Shown here piece after piece: positions 1 through 10,131 of a stretch of DNA of 64,000 nucleotides; positions within the stretch are counted from its first letter, which is position 1, and the number at the start of each line of letters is the position of its first letter. The notes under the pieces were generated by a model that made no database searches, was not told the DNA's origin, and worked only from the letters and a program-made list of their open reading frames with translations. The position numbers and the translations under genes are program-made. The DNA lies in IMG/VR virus record IMGVR_UViG_3300003320_000367, positions 4,819-68,818 of that record; one strand, 5' to 3'. The stretch is from a virus (lineage: Duplodnaviria > Caudoviricetes).

Positions 1-23
1 GCCGAGACAAGGAGCAGAGCAAC

Positions 24-287
24 ATGTTGGGCATGCCGCAGGACACGATCAACAGGGACACGCAGGAGTGGCAGCGCATCGAGGAGGCTGTCGCGTTCCG
101 CATGCCCAACGGAGACGACATCCTGATCGTGCGCTCTGTGGCGTGCCCGACATGTGGCAAGCCCATCGCCCTGGTGCTGGCGGACGGGACGACGATCGGC
201 TACTCGCGTCGCCACGTCCAGTGCGGCGTCGTAACCGATGTGGCCAACGAGAGCAACGAGCAGGAAGATGGTGGCCAGGATGGCTGA
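24..287 (+). CDS. hypothetical protein with CxxC motif (start may lie upstream)
   Basis: 87 aa ORF containing CPTCG; stop overlaps the next ATG. Confidence 0.55.
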   Translation: MLGMPQDTINRDTQEWQRIEEAVAFRMPNGDDILIVRSVACPTCGKPIALVLADGTTIGYSRRHVQCGVVTDVANESNEQEDGGQDG

Positions 288-657
288 AGCGAATCTGAAC
301 GTGACCGTGGAGACAGAGGTCGAGCTCCATCCCGGACCCCGCACCTGTGAGTGGCTGGAGTCCCTGGGATGGATCCGTCCTGTGGCAGAGCCCGAGGCAG
401 ATGTGCAGACGGAGCCCGAGGACGAGGAGGAGTACGACCCGCGTCCCATGGAGCTGCTGACCGTGGAGGACGTCGTGCCTCCTGCTCGACCGCTGCGCAC
501 AGGGGCGATGTCCGGGGTCGAGGTGATGCGGTACAGGGCTGCGGTCCTGAGGCGCGATCTCATGAACGAGGTGTCGAGCCCGGAGCGAGTGGACGAGATG
601 CTCAGGATGCTGGACATCAACCCGGAGGCTCTGCCGGAGCCGGGCTGCGACTGCTGA
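280..657 (+). CDS. hypothetical protein
   Basis: ATG at 280 overlapping the previous ORF; typical high-GC codon usage. Confidence 0.65.
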   Translation: MAEANLNVTVETEVELHPGPRTCEWLESLGWIRPVAEPEADVQTEPEDEEEYDPRPMELLTVEDVVPPARPLRTGAMSGVEVMRYRAAVLRRDLMNEVSSPERVDEMLRMLDINPEALPEPGCDC

Positions 658-658
658 T

Positions 659-955
659 ATGCCCCGGCTCAACCCTGAACAGAAGCAGGCATACACGGAG
701 CTGGAGGCCGCCATCGAGCGAGTGCTCCGGCTCCGTGGTGCTGATGGCATGCTCGTTGAGTACGTGACGCTGTGCGCTGTGCAGACCATCGACGACGAGG
801 GCGACACAGCGGGCTCGGTCATGATGATCCTGCCCATGGGAGGCGGGCTGCCATATCACCGGGTCATGGGCCTGGTGGACTACACGAAGACGGTCCTGCG
901 CGCTGAGGTGGCGCGCAACGAGCTCGGAGCGGACGATGACGACGACGCTGGCTAA
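659..955 (+). CDS. hypothetical protein directly upstream of terminase
   Basis: 98 aa ORF tightly packed between neighbours. Confidence 0.7.
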   Translation: MPRLNPEQKQAYTELEAAIERVLRLRGADGMLVEYVTLCAVQTIDDEGDTAGSVMMILPMGGGLPYHRVMGLVDYTKTVLRAEVARNELGADDDDDAG

Positions 956-2543
956 CTACTTCCAGGAAGTGGCAGACGCCATGTGCGACGGCTCTGTTGA
1001 GGCCATGCGCATGTTGCTTGGCACCTCTGCTGGCAGGAGGTTCCTGACTGTTGACGAGCCGCTTCTGTTTGCCTTGACCTACATGCCGCACTCGCTCAAG
1101 ATGCCCGCTCCCATGGAGGATATCGCCGACGGAGCCGAGTCCGAGGTGGGCGTAATCTCGATGTCGGAGTTCCACTGGGACCTATGCGAGAAGGCGCGCG
1201 AGTGGGCTGAGAAGCCTGCCAGTCAGTTCGGACCGGCTGAGATGCGGGACGCCTTCATCGCACCTCGAGATGCCGGCAAGAGCACGTGGCTGTTCAAGAT
1301 CCTGCCCATGTGGGCGGCTGCACACGGCCATGTCAAGTTCGTGGCAGCGTTCGCCGACTCCGGCCCGCAGGCCAAGAAGCATCTGTCCTCGTTCAAGCGA
1401 GAGCTGGAGGCCAACCAGCTACTTCAGATGGACTTCCCCGACCTGTGCCAGCCGCTCAAGAGGCGTGGCAACGTCAACGTGGCCGACACCCAGGACCTGT
1501 ATCAGGCGCAGTCGGGGTTCGTGTTCGCTGCTGGTGGTGCGGATGTCTCTGTGCTGGGTATGAAGGTGGAGGACAAGCGTCCGGACCTGCTGATCCTGGA
1601 CGACCTGGAGCCCGATGAGGCCAGCTACTCGGACTATCAGATGGAGCAGAGGCGCGGCACACTGACCGACGCCATCCTGCCACTCAACATCCGAGCCCGC
1701 GTCATCCTGGCTGGCACCGTCACCATGCCCGGCTCGATCACGCATCAGTTGGTCAAGGCTGCTGCGGCGCAGCGAGGCGAGTTGCCAGAGGACGAGATCG
1801 AGGAGTGGATCAAGACCGAGAAGTTCCGTGTCCACCACTTCAAGCCGATCATCGTGGACGACGAGGGCAACGAGACCAGCCTGTGGCCTGAGAAGTGGCC
1901 CATGGAGTGGCTCAACTCGGTGCGTCATACCCGGTCGTTCGCCAAGAACTACGAGAACGACCCGCTCGCGATCGATGGCCAGTACTGGACTCGCGACGAC
2001 TTCACATATGGCTCGCTGCCGTGCGCGATCACGGTGCTGTCTGTGGACGGTGCAGTCACCGACAAGAAGAAGTCGGACTACACGGGGCTGGCCGTCGTTG
2101 GCGCCACGCTGCACAAGCCTGGTGATCCGCGTCGGCGCTGCGAGGTCAAGTACGCTGTTGGCGTCAAGCTCTTGGGCAAGGCGCTGCGAGCCAAGATCCT
2201 GCAGATCCTGGAGATGTACCCAGAGATCAAGGTGATCATGGTTGAGGCGAACCAGGGTGGTGAGCTGTGGCGAGAAGTCATGCACGACATGCCGGTCAAG
2301 GTGGTGCTGTTCAACAACAGCGAGCCCAAGGAGGTCCGGGCCGGCAAGGTGCACGCGCTGTACCAGAGGATCCCGACTCGTGTTCTGCACACGCAACGCC
2401 TTCAGCAGGCCGAGGAGAATCTGGTTGGATTCCCACGGCTCAAGCACGACGATATCGTGGACGCCATAGGCAACGCCGTGCTCAAGCTTCTCAGCCCGCC
2501 CAAGACGCAACAGCGTCGAGCCTCCAGCGGAACATATGGGTGA
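936..2543 (+). CDS. terL: terminase large subunit
   Basis: Walker A-like APRDAGKST, Walker B LLILDDLE, nuclease motifs SVDGA and HDDIVDA; sits before the portal. Confidence 0.93.
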   Translation: MTTTLANYFQEVADAMCDGSVEAMRMLLGTSAGRRFLTVDEPLLFALTYMPHSLKMPAPMEDIADGAESEVGVISMSEFHWDLCEKAREWAEKPASQFGPAEMRDAFIAPRDAGKSTWLFKILPMWAAAHGHVKFVAAFADSGPQAKKHLSSFKRELEANQLLQMDFPDLCQPLKRRGNVNVADTQDLYQAQSGFVFAAGGADVSVLGMKVEDKRPDLLILDDLEPDEASYSDYQMEQRRGTLTDAILPLNIRARVILAGTVTMPGSITHQLVKAAAAQRGELPEDEIEEWIKTEKFRVHHFKPIIVDDEGNETSLWPEKWPMEWLNSVRHTRSFAKNYENDPLAIDGQYWTRDDFTYGSLPCAITVLSVDGAVTDKKKSDYTGLAVVGATLHKPGDPRRRCEVKYAVGVKLLGKALRAKILQILEMYPEIKVIMVEANQGGELWREVMHDMPVKVVLFNNSEPKEVRAGKVHALYQRIPTRVLHTQRLQQAEENLVGFPRLKHDDIVDAIGNAVLKLLSPPKTQQRRASSGTYG

Positions 2544-2672
2544 GGGTATACTTCCCGCATTGCGGCTGATTGGCCCGATGCCCTGGCTGGGGCGCTGCAG
2601 GATTCGGCTTTGAATGGAGCCTCTCACCCCGGCTGAATTGTGTCTGGATTCGGTTATGGGAGGAGGTCCATA

Positions 2673-4217
2673 ATGCCGCACAAGCAGAAGCTCCGTGATT
2701 CGCTGAAGGAGCTCGACAAGGCCATTCCGGGATATGTCGAGGCCGACAAGTTCTACAAGGGCACGTTCGTCGAGCCCTTTCAGTCGCTCGTGATGCAGCG
2801 CCTGCTGGTCCGCAAGGAAGTCAACTACAAGGCCGTGCTCAGCGCGGTGCCGGTTGACGCCGTTGTGGAGAAGCTGGAGATCGTCGACATCCAGACGTCG
2901 GATCCCGAGATGACCGACTTCGTGCAGGACGAGGTCTGGAAGGCGAACCAGTTCCAGTTCGTCCACAAGACAGCCATCCTCGCGGCCGAGAAGTTCGGCG
3001 ACGCCTATGTGTTCATGTGGCCGGAGTACGACTTCGAGGAGCAGGTCGTCACGGAGGAAGGCGCGCCAGCGGCAGACCAGCCGCAGCAGGTGATGACCGG
3101 GATCGTGGCGTGCTACCAGAGCCCCATGAAGGTCCGCGTCTTCTACGACGACATGAACCCCGCCCGCAAGACCCACGCCGTCAAGCGGCTCAAGACCGGC
3201 AAGGGCAAGCAGGAGCGGGCGTGGCTGTATCTCGACGACGGCACGATCGAGCTCTACGAGACCCCGCCCAACAAGTGCGGCATCGACGACTTCGAGTATG
3301 TGGAGGACGTGGACAACCCGACCGGGCAGATCCCGTTCATCCACCTGCGCAACGATCTGCCGTACGGCTGCCCCTTGCACAAGAACGCGTATGGGCCGCA
3401 GAACCAGATCACCAAGTTCCTCGTGAACGAGGTGTCGGGCTCGGACTTCAACGCCTTCCCGCAGCGGTACGCGCTCGCCAAGACGCGGGGCTCTTCTGGC
3501 GGAGACGACATCGACTGGTCGGGCGAGGACGACACCGTTCCCGACAAGGAAGAGAACGTCATCTCCAAGCTGGTCTCCGGACCGGGGCGCATCTGGGACC
3601 TGTCGGGCTTCGACTCGGTGGGACAGTTCGCCAGTGCGGACGTCAACCAGTACATCCAGCCGCTGGACAAGGCTGTTGAGCTGATGGCTGCCGCCACGAA
3701 CACGCCTGTGTACTACTTCAAGGCGGACAGCACTGGAGGCGGTACGCCGTCGGGCGAGTCGGTCCGGCAGCGTGATGCCCGGCTCAACACCAAGGCCGAG
3801 TGGCAGCAGAAGCTCCTGGACTCTCAGTTCGAGGAGATGCTGGAGATGGCGATCGACCTCGCGTTTGAGGGCGTCGAGGACCTCTCCATCTCGATCAAGT
3901 GGAAGCCGATCGAGTACGTATCAGAGACGGAGAAGCTGGAGCTCGTCAGCAAGAAGATCGAGCTCGGAATTCCGCCTGAGATTGCCTTCACGGAGGCGGG
4001 ATACGACGAGGAGACGGTGAGCCAGTGGCTGTCTGGTAAGCCCAACGACTCCGAGCTGCTGCGCCGTGTCACCCTGCTCAACACGATGGGCGACGCCGTA
4101 CAGAAGATCGGCACGGCTGCGGCTCTGGGCATCGATCTCACCCAGGCCAACGAGCTCATCTCTGAACTGTTCAACGACATCGCTGGTCTGCGCGAGCAGC
4201 CGACAGAAGTGGAGTGA
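2673..4217 (+). CDS. portal protein (SPP1 gp6-like)
   Basis: GGAGG SD before ATG 2673; about 514 aa; PFIHLRND and FPQRY segments typical of actinophage portals; follows terL. Confidence 0.88.
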   Translation: MPHKQKLRDSLKELDKAIPGYVEADKFYKGTFVEPFQSLVMQRLLVRKEVNYKAVLSAVPVDAVVEKLEIVDIQTSDPEMTDFVQDEVWKANQFQFVHKTAILAAEKFGDAYVFMWPEYDFEEQVVTEEGAPAADQPQQVMTGIVACYQSPMKVRVFYDDMNPARKTHAVKRLKTGKGKQERAWLYLDDGTIELYETPPNKCGIDDFEYVEDVDNPTGQIPFIHLRNDLPYGCPLHKNAYGPQNQITKFLVNEVSGSDFNAFPQRYALAKTRGSSGGDDIDWSGEDDTVPDKEENVISKLVSGPGRIWDLSGFDSVGQFASADVNQYIQPLDKAVELMAAATNTPVYYFKADSTGGGTPSGESVRQRDARLNTKAEWQQKLLDSQFEEMLEMAIDLAFEGVEDLSISIKWKPIEYVSETEKLELVSKKIELGIPPEIAFTEAGYDEETVSQWLSGKPNDSELLRRVTLLNTMGDAVQKIGTAAALGIDLTQANELISELFNDIAGLREQPTEVE

Positions 4218-4221
4218 AACC

Positions 4222-4602
4222 ATGAACGCCGAGAGCTTGATGCACGAGCGCGGGTTCGTAGCCGTCGTGGTGCACAAGGACCGGCTCAACCGAGCCGAGA
4301 AGGAGGCGTGCCGGGGCGCGGTCGAGGAGGGGCTGCTTGCCGACGCTGGCAGGCACTTCGTGCTCCCCATCCAGGAGGAGCCGGTCGGCGACTTCGAGGA
4401 GGAGCAGGAGCTCGACGAGGACCCGACCACCATCCAAGAGGGCTGCAGCGACGAGCCCAGCATGTCGCAGCTCCGCTCACTGACCGTGGCGCAGCTGAAG
4501 GACCTGGCCGCCATGGAGGAGGTCGACCTCTCCGACCTCAAGCTCAAGGACGACATCCTGGGTCGCATGGCCGCTCACTTCGGCCTGGACCCGGCCAGCT
4601 GA
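4222..4602 (+). CDS. hypothetical protein with C-terminal SAP/Rho-N-like helix-extended-helix motif
   Basis: LRSLTVAQLKDLA...LKDDILGRM pattern. Confidence 0.6.
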   Translation: MNAESLMHERGFVAVVVHKDRLNRAEKEACRGAVEEGLLADAGRHFVLPIQEEPVGDFEEEQELDEDPTTIQEGCSDEPSMSQLRSLTVAQLKDLAAMEEVDLSDLKLKDDILGRMAAHFGLDPAS

Positions 4603-4614
4603 CAGGAGAACGAA

Positions 4615-4812
4615 GTGACGGAGTACATCGATAAGGTGCGAGCTGAAGCTCGACGGCTGTTCGCACGAGACCAGGTTGACGGCTTCGCTCAGTCTCGTGC
4701 ATATGACAACCGGGAGTCTGCCATCCTCAAGGACAGCAGGCTCTACACGCCGGTGGTCAGCTCCGACAAGGAGGTCCAGCTCAAGGGCTGGGTCGTGAAC
4801 GACAGGACGTGA
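4615..4812 (+). CDS. hypothetical protein
   Basis: AGGAG SD; fills the gap between neighbours. Confidence 0.6.
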   Translation: MTEYIDKVRAEARRLFARDQVDGFAQSRAYDNRESAILKDSRLYTPVVSSDKEVQLKGWVVNDRT

Positions 4813-4815
4813 GGC

Positions 4816-5862
4816 ATGGCCGAGCGCATCGACGCCGAGAAGCTGCTGGAGCTCGTGCAGCAGAAGCAGATTGACGCCATTGCCTCCATCGAGGACAAGG
4901 CGATCAAGGCTGCAACCGAGAAGCGGTATGCTGCCATCGACAGTGCCGTGCGCTCGGCCACGCTCAACTGGATCAAGGAATTCGGCTCCATGTCGGCCGA
5001 TGGGTCGGGTCCTGCACTCAACAAGATGATCAGCGATGCGTTGGGTGCGAGCAACAGCGCGCTCAAGGGGCTGGAGGACTCGGTCATCTCGTCCCTCTCA
5101 GAAGCCGTAGGCAGCGCTGTAACGACCGCGCAGGAGCAGGGCAAGGCTTTCGTTGAGGGTGCGACCGGCAAGTCGGCAGCGGCCAAGGTAGCCGTTCCTG
5201 CTGTCGATCTCGCGGAAGAGCGCGCGGCCGTGCGGGCTGCCGTGTCCGAAAGCGAGAAGGGCTTCAAGGCGCTCCTGAAGCGCAATGTTGTTGAGCGACT
5301 CGGCCTGCGAGGAATCCTGTCCGGCCTCACGCATGCACGCAACGCGCTGAACCGGGCCAAGTCAACGATCACGACGTCTGTGAACAACAACGTTCAGAAA
5401 ACGATGCACGCCACAGCCACGGCCAACAAGGCTCCGATGGAGGTCTGGGTTGCTGAGCGAGATGCCTGTGTGAATTGCCTGAAGTATGCAGGCCAGGTGG
5501 TGAAGCGTGGCGAGGACTGGGTTGGCGGGCAGTCGTGGGATCCGAATCAGGTGGACAAGAAGGCAAAGGGAGTTCGTCCTCCCTTGCATCCACATTGCCG
5601 ATGCAGGCCAGTCCCATGGAATCCAGCGTGGGCCAAGCCTGGCGAGGTAAGCTTGCCGGACGCGGTCAGCCGAGAGGCGCAAAGGTCCATCGCAAGAGGA
5701 TTCTCACTACCATCGGAATCCAATGCCAGCAGGATCAGGGCGTTGAAGGAATTGCTGAAGGGCAATCCCGACCTCCCCAAGACCGTGCTCGAAAGGGCTC
5801 GCCGAGATTTGAAGCGTGGCGAGTTCGGTCGGGGCAGGAGTGTTCCTACATCGAACCCGTGA
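4816..5862 (+). CDS. MuF-like head morphogenesis (minor capsid) protein
   Basis: WVAERDACVNC and PPLHPHCRC motifs; between portal and scaffold. Confidence 0.82.
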   Translation: MAERIDAEKLLELVQQKQIDAIASIEDKAIKAATEKRYAAIDSAVRSATLNWIKEFGSMSADGSGPALNKMISDALGASNSALKGLEDSVISSLSEAVGSAVTTAQEQGKAFVEGATGKSAAAKVAVPAVDLAEERAAVRAAVSESEKGFKALLKRNVVERLGLRGILSGLTHARNALNRAKSTITTSVNNNVQKTMHATATANKAPMEVWVAERDACVNCLKYAGQVVKRGEDWVGGQSWDPNQVDKKAKGVRPPLHPHCRCRPVPWNPAWAKPGEVSLPDAVSREAQRSIARGFSLPSESNASRIRALKELLKGNPDLPKTVLERARRDLKRGEFGRGRSVPTSNP

Positions 5863-5873
5863 GGTACTGAAGC

Positions 5874-6761
5874 ATGATGACCAACCTTCTCCGTCCTGGC
5901 CTGTCGGCCGCCAAGTCCGCCGGTGCGGGTCTGGACCTGCTGACTGCGGCCGGTGTGGACGGATACGAGCCTGGGTGGGCTCACCCCTACGCCACGGACC
6001 CCTTCTCGCCCGTGTTCTACGCCGACGGCGGGGACGAGGACGACGAGGGTGACGAGGACGAGGACGAGGAGGACGACGACAAGGGCGAGGAGGGCGACGA
6101 CGAGGACGACGATGACGACGAGGACAAGGGCAAGTCGCCCGAGGAACTCGCCGCCGAGGTCAAGCGTCTCCGTGCCGCCTACCTGAAGAAGCTGAACAAC
6201 TCCCGCAACCGGGGCAACCGGATCAAGGAGCTGGAGACCGGCAAGTCCAAGCTGGAGCAGGACTTCGCCACCCTTCAGGAGCAGTTCGCCGAGCTGCAGA
6301 AGACTGCCGGCAAGGAGATCGACTCCGAGGCCGCGCAGCGCCGGATCAACGAGCTCGTGGAGAAGGCGCGTGAGGACGGCAAGGAGGCGTTCAAGCCGGT
6401 CGTCATCAAGATGGCCGCCCGTGCCGAGCTCATGGCGCAGGGAGCGCGTCCGACCCTGGTTGACCGGCTCGTCCGGATGATCGACGTCAACGAGGTCGAC
6501 ATCGACGACGAGGACGGCACCATCGACGTCACGGACCAGGTCCTGGCGCTCAAGAAGGACATGCCCGAGATGTTCGGGCCGCGCAAGGCCACCACCAAGC
6601 GCACGCGCAAGACCACTGCCGGGGCCAACGGCGGCGAGGGCTCGGGGACCGGCAAGGGCTCCGCGCGCAAGGCCGGTGGAGCCGGTGGGAGCGACGAGGG
6701 TGCCGGTGAGGAGCGACTCACCGCTGCCCAGAAGGTAGCGAACCGGCTGCGAGGCCTGTGA
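5874..6761 (+). CDS. capsid scaffolding protein
   Basis: Acidic D/E tract, coiled coil, LKKDMPEMF-type C-terminal motif; upstream of the capsid gene. Confidence 0.8.
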   Translation: MMTNLLRPGLSAAKSAGAGLDLLTAAGVDGYEPGWAHPYATDPFSPVFYADGGDEDDEGDEDEDEEDDDKGEEGDDEDDDDDEDKGKSPEELAAEVKRLRAAYLKKLNNSRNRGNRIKELETGKSKLEQDFATLQEQFAELQKTAGKEIDSEAAQRRINELVEKAREDGKEAFKPVVIKMAARAELMAQGARPTLVDRLVRMIDVNEVDIDDEDGTIDVTDQVLALKKDMPEMFGPRKATTKRTRKTTAGANGGEGSGTGKGSARKAGGAGGSDEGAGEERLTAAQKVANRLRGL

Positions 6762-6793
6762 GCCTCCGGCTCCAGACATAGGGAGAAGTCGAC

Positions 6794-7054
6794 ATGGCCC
6801 TGGGCGAAGTCGAGAAGAAGTTCATGGACGACATGATCGCACAGCACCAGGCTGCGATCGTGGTCGCCGAGAACTACCTGAAGAAGAGCGACAACGCCAC
6901 ACGACCGGCCGATGTCGTGCGCATGGCCACGTCGATGATCTCCGACCACACGTACCAGATCGAGGAGATGCAGCGGCGCATGGACATGATGAGCGGAAAG
7001 AACAAGTCCGCTCAGATCGTTGCAGATCGTCTGATGGGCCGCGAAGCCTACTGA
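6794..7054 (+). CDS. DUF305-like helical protein
   Basis: FMDDMIAQHQAAIVVA...MATSMISDHTYQIEEMQR resembles the DUF305 helix pair. Confidence 0.65.
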   Translation: MALGEVEKKFMDDMIAQHQAAIVVAENYLKKSDNATRPADVVRMATSMISDHTYQIEEMQRRMDMMSGKNKSAQIVADRLMGREAY

Positions 7055-7192
7055 CGAATGCGTTTGCGCTGGATGGGGTATCATTGCCCCGAGCGTCGGC
7101 TTTGCGGCCGTGCAGCAGCCCTGGGTGGGGCACTAATCCCCACCTGGGGCTGATTGCATTTCACCAGATAACGATCCCTGAAGGGAGCCCAC

Positions 7193-8266
7193 ATGGACTA
7201 CTCCATGGACGACTGGGCGGCACGCAAGGCCGAGTTCGCGGCCAAGCGCGCGGCGCAGGTCGTGTGGACCGAGTTCGAGCCCGGTGACATCGTCGGCTAC
7301 CGCAAGAGCGGCCAGCCGATCTACTTCATGGTCGGCGGCGCGGCCGACAACTTCGACCAGTGGATCCCGGAGGAGACCGACTCCGAGGTCATCCAGCGCG
7401 TCGCGCAGGTGTCGGCGGTCGAGGCGTGGGGTCGTCACACGCCCATGAACTCGGCCACCAAGAAGGAGCCGCGCTCCAGCGGCATGGAGGTCAAGACCCT
7501 CAGCAAGTCGGGTCAGTACACCTCCAGCAACGACGAGAACGACGACGTCCTGCTGACGGCCCGGAAGCACACCGGCCTCCTGACCGTCGCCGAGGAGGAC
7601 CTGAACGACTCCGCTGCGGACATCATCGCGTCCAAGGAGAAGGACTGGGCCACCTCCTACGCGAAGTACTTCGACAACGCGACCCTCGCCACCTCGGCGG
7701 CCGAGAACGCGCCGACCGTCCCGTACACCTCGGTGTACTACGCGCTCACGCAGACGAACGCGACCACCGGCTACACCGCCAACGACAACATCGTCGGCAC
7801 CGTGACCGAGGGCACCGTCACGTACAACGAGCTGTCGGAGGCCCTGGGCCGGTACGAGGACGGCGACTACTTCGACGAGTCGATGTCGGTCTGCATCGCG
7901 CACCCGACGTTCCGCAAGCAGCTCCGCCAGATCAAGGACGACCAGGGCCAGCCCATCTTCGTCCGTGGCCAGGGCGGCGACGCGGGCACGCCGGACACCG
8001 TGTTCGACATCCCGGTCAAGTGGTCGAACGGCTGCCGCCTGTCCGCCACGGCCTCCGCCGCGCCCACGGGTGCGCCGATCATGGTCTTCGGCAACCGCGA
8101 CTTCCTGGTCGTCGGCGACCGGTCCACCGTCGAGACCCAGCCGATCCCGGCCGCGATCTCCACGACGGACGAGGCCAACGTCAAGATCCGCGTCCGCAAG
8201 GGCTTCGCCATCGGTCACGAGAAGGCGTTCGCCGTCCTCGTCGACGACGGCTCCGCCCTGTCGTAA
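7193..8266 (+). CDS. major capsid protein (HK97 fold)
   Basis: 357 aa; FRKQLRQIKDDQGQPIF and RKGFAIGHEKAFAVL motifs; follows the scaffold. Confidence 0.9.
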   Translation: MDYSMDDWAARKAEFAAKRAAQVVWTEFEPGDIVGYRKSGQPIYFMVGGAADNFDQWIPEETDSEVIQRVAQVSAVEAWGRHTPMNSATKKEPRSSGMEVKTLSKSGQYTSSNDENDDVLLTARKHTGLLTVAEEDLNDSAADIIASKEKDWATSYAKYFDNATLATSAAENAPTVPYTSVYYALTQTNATTGYTANDNIVGTVTEGTVTYNELSEALGRYEDGDYFDESMSVCIAHPTFRKQLRQIKDDQGQPIFVRGQGGDAGTPDTVFDIPVKWSNGCRLSATASAAPTGAPIMVFGNRDFLVVGDRSTVETQPIPAAISTTDEANVKIRVRKGFAIGHEKAFAVLVDDGSALS

Positions 8267-8395
8267 GCGCGGAAGCGCTACGTGGGCGCGTAAGCGCCGA
8301 ACGGGGACGCCCCGGTACCCGTCGCCGGGACCGGGGCGTTCTCAGCTTACGCGGCCAGCTAGGCAGCATTACGGACCCGAACCGAGGAGGACGGG

Positions 8396-8863
8396 ATGGC
8401 AAGCACGTGGGCGACCCCGGCGGAAGCGTCTGCGATCGCTGGCGTGACGCTGTACCAGTCCGACCTGGACTCGGCGCAGTCGATCATCGACCTGTACACA
8501 GACATCCACTACGGGTTGGTGCTGGATCTGCAGCCCCGCACCCTGCGCATCCTGAAGAACGCTCTGGCCTGGCAGGCCAAGTTCATGAAGGAGCAGGGCA
8601 CAACAGACTTCGGTACGACCACCGAGAAGCAGAGCGAGACGCTCGGTGACTACTCCTACACCAACGGCTCCAGCGGCTCGGGCTCGGGCGGGAGCGCGGA
8701 GGATTCCGCCATCCTGTCTCCGATCGCGCAGCGCTGGATAACCAAGCTCGGATGGAAGCGAACCCGCACTATCGATCCGTTGACCCCGAGTGAGTCTGTC
8801 CTCCTGGACACCGGAACGCTGGACGGGCTCTTCCCCTGGATTCCGAGGAGTGATCTGGGATGA
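8396..8863 (+). CDS. head-to-tail adaptor
   Basis: GAGGAGG SD; SETLGDYSYT motif; position after the capsid gene. Confidence 0.75.
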   Translation: MASTWATPAEASAIAGVTLYQSDLDSAQSIIDLYTDIHYGLVLDLQPRTLRILKNALAWQAKFMKEQGTTDFGTTTEKQSETLGDYSYTNGSSGSGSGGSAEDSAILSPIAQRWITKLGWKRTRTIDPLTPSESVLLDTGTLDGLFPWIPRSDLG

Positions 8864-9201
8864 GCTTGGTAAATCACCTGCTCAAGCAGACTGCCGATGT
8901 CTATCGGCGGACTGAAGTGTCGGACGGGCAAGGCGGAGTGGATTACTCCTATGCCCTGCTTGAGAGCGGACGCAGAGTCAAGATTGACCAAGCGTCCGCC
9001 AGGGAGCAGTTCGAGGCGGAGCAGGCCGGTGCATCCTTGACCCACAAGGTGTACCAGAAACACGACGACGACATCCAGCGTGGCGACGAGTTTCGCCAAG
9101 GCTCGGATCGTTTCCGCGTGATGAACGTCGTCGGCCCCTCCACACCGGGTGTGTATCTCCGCGCGGACGTGGAGCTCATCCAGAGCGAGCAGGAGGGCTG
9201 A
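8860..9201 (+). CDS. head closure (stopper) protein
   Basis: DGQGG turn, DIQRGDEF motif; synteny. Confidence 0.8.
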   Translation: MSLVNHLLKQTADVYRRTEVSDGQGGVDYSYALLESGRRVKIDQASAREQFEAEQAGASLTHKVYQKHDDDIQRGDEFRQGSDRFRVMNVVGPSTPGVYLRADVELIQSEQEG

Positions 9202-9383
9202 TGGCTGAGGAGGACATGCACGAGAAGCCCGCTCCGGCGGTGAAGCCGATCGGTCCCACAGAGGCGCGAGAGCGGGCTGAGGCTGCTGCCCGTGCCGGCA
9301 AGTGGGATGAGTCCACCGCATGGTCTCTGCTCGGCCTGCTCGCTCTGGAACGGCGTACAGGAGGTGGGCGTCGTGGGCATTAG
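9201..9383 (+). CDS. small hypothetical protein
   Basis: 60 aa ORF coupled to both neighbours. Confidence 0.55.
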   Translation: MAEEDMHEKPAPAVKPIGPTEARERAEAAARAGKWDESTAWSLLGLLALERRTGGGRRGH

Positions 9384-9720
9384 GGCACGCGGCATCCAAG
9401 GCGCGCAGCAGCGGCTCAGTCGTATCGCGGACAGGCTGGCAGGCGTCACGCAGGACGCCATCAACGAGTTCGCAGACGACGTCGTCGTGCACATGAAGGG
9501 AGTCGTTCCTGTCGACACCGGAAAGCTGCGCGACTCCATTGAGAAGAAGCAGGAAGGCGATGCCGTCACTGTCGGGCCACGCGGTGTCGAGTACGCAGAG
9601 TATGTCGAGTACGGAACGAGCAGGGCTCCTGCTCAGCCGTATGTCCGTCCGACGATCGAGTGGGCCAAGAAGAATGGACCCAAGCGAATCGCACGACGCA
9701 TAGAGGGGGCGATCGAGTAA
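9373..9720 (+). CDS. HK97 gp10-like tail completion protein
   Basis: PVDTGKLRDSI and YAEYVEYGTSRAPAQPYVRP motifs. Confidence 0.85.
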   Translation: MGIRARGIQGAQQRLSRIADRLAGVTQDAINEFADDVVVHMKGVVPVDTGKLRDSIEKKQEGDAVTVGPRGVEYAEYVEYGTSRAPAQPYVRPTIEWAKKNGPKRIARRIEGAIE

Positions 9721-10130
9721 TGAGCGCAACAGCCGAGGCTCCCTTCAACGACTTGCAGGCCGCGCTTTACACTGCGCTGAACGGCGTCATATCGGCCGGT
9801 GTATACGACGACGTGCCTGAGCGAATCACCAAGCCGTATGTCACAATTGGCGAGGTATTCGGAACGCCAGATAACTGGCATGGCGGATTTGGCTGGGACA
9901 TCCTGGCCACGATCCACGTGTGGACAAAGTCACGCGGATTCAAGTCCGCACTGGATGTCGCGAACGAGATCATCGCGGCGCTGGACCACAAGCGAACGGC
10001 TCTCACGCTGCCAGCGACATGGTCCATAGTTTCAATCCGATTCGTGCAGCTCCAGACGCTGCGCGACCCGGACCCCGAGATCCGCCACGTGCCGGTACAA
10101 TTCCGGCTAGTGATTCATCAGGAGGTGTGA
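9720..10130 (+). CDS. tail terminator (DUF3168-like)
   Basis: VYDDVP...PYVTIGE and IHVWT motifs; precedes the major tail gene. Confidence 0.82.
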   Translation: MSATAEAPFNDLQAALYTALNGVISAGVYDDVPERITKPYVTIGEVFGTPDNWHGGFGWDILATIHVWTKSRGFKSALDVANEIIAALDHKRTALTLPATWSIVSIRFVQLQTLRDPDPEIRHVPVQFRLVIHQEV

Positions 10131-10131
10131 T

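Noticed and set aside
1419-3380. Long antisense ORFs (e.g. 1419-3380 -, 25690-27636 +, 34518-36563 +, 30594-32297 +)
   Set aside because: Shadow frames of high-GC genes with clear protein motifs on the other strand; no SD and no motifs.
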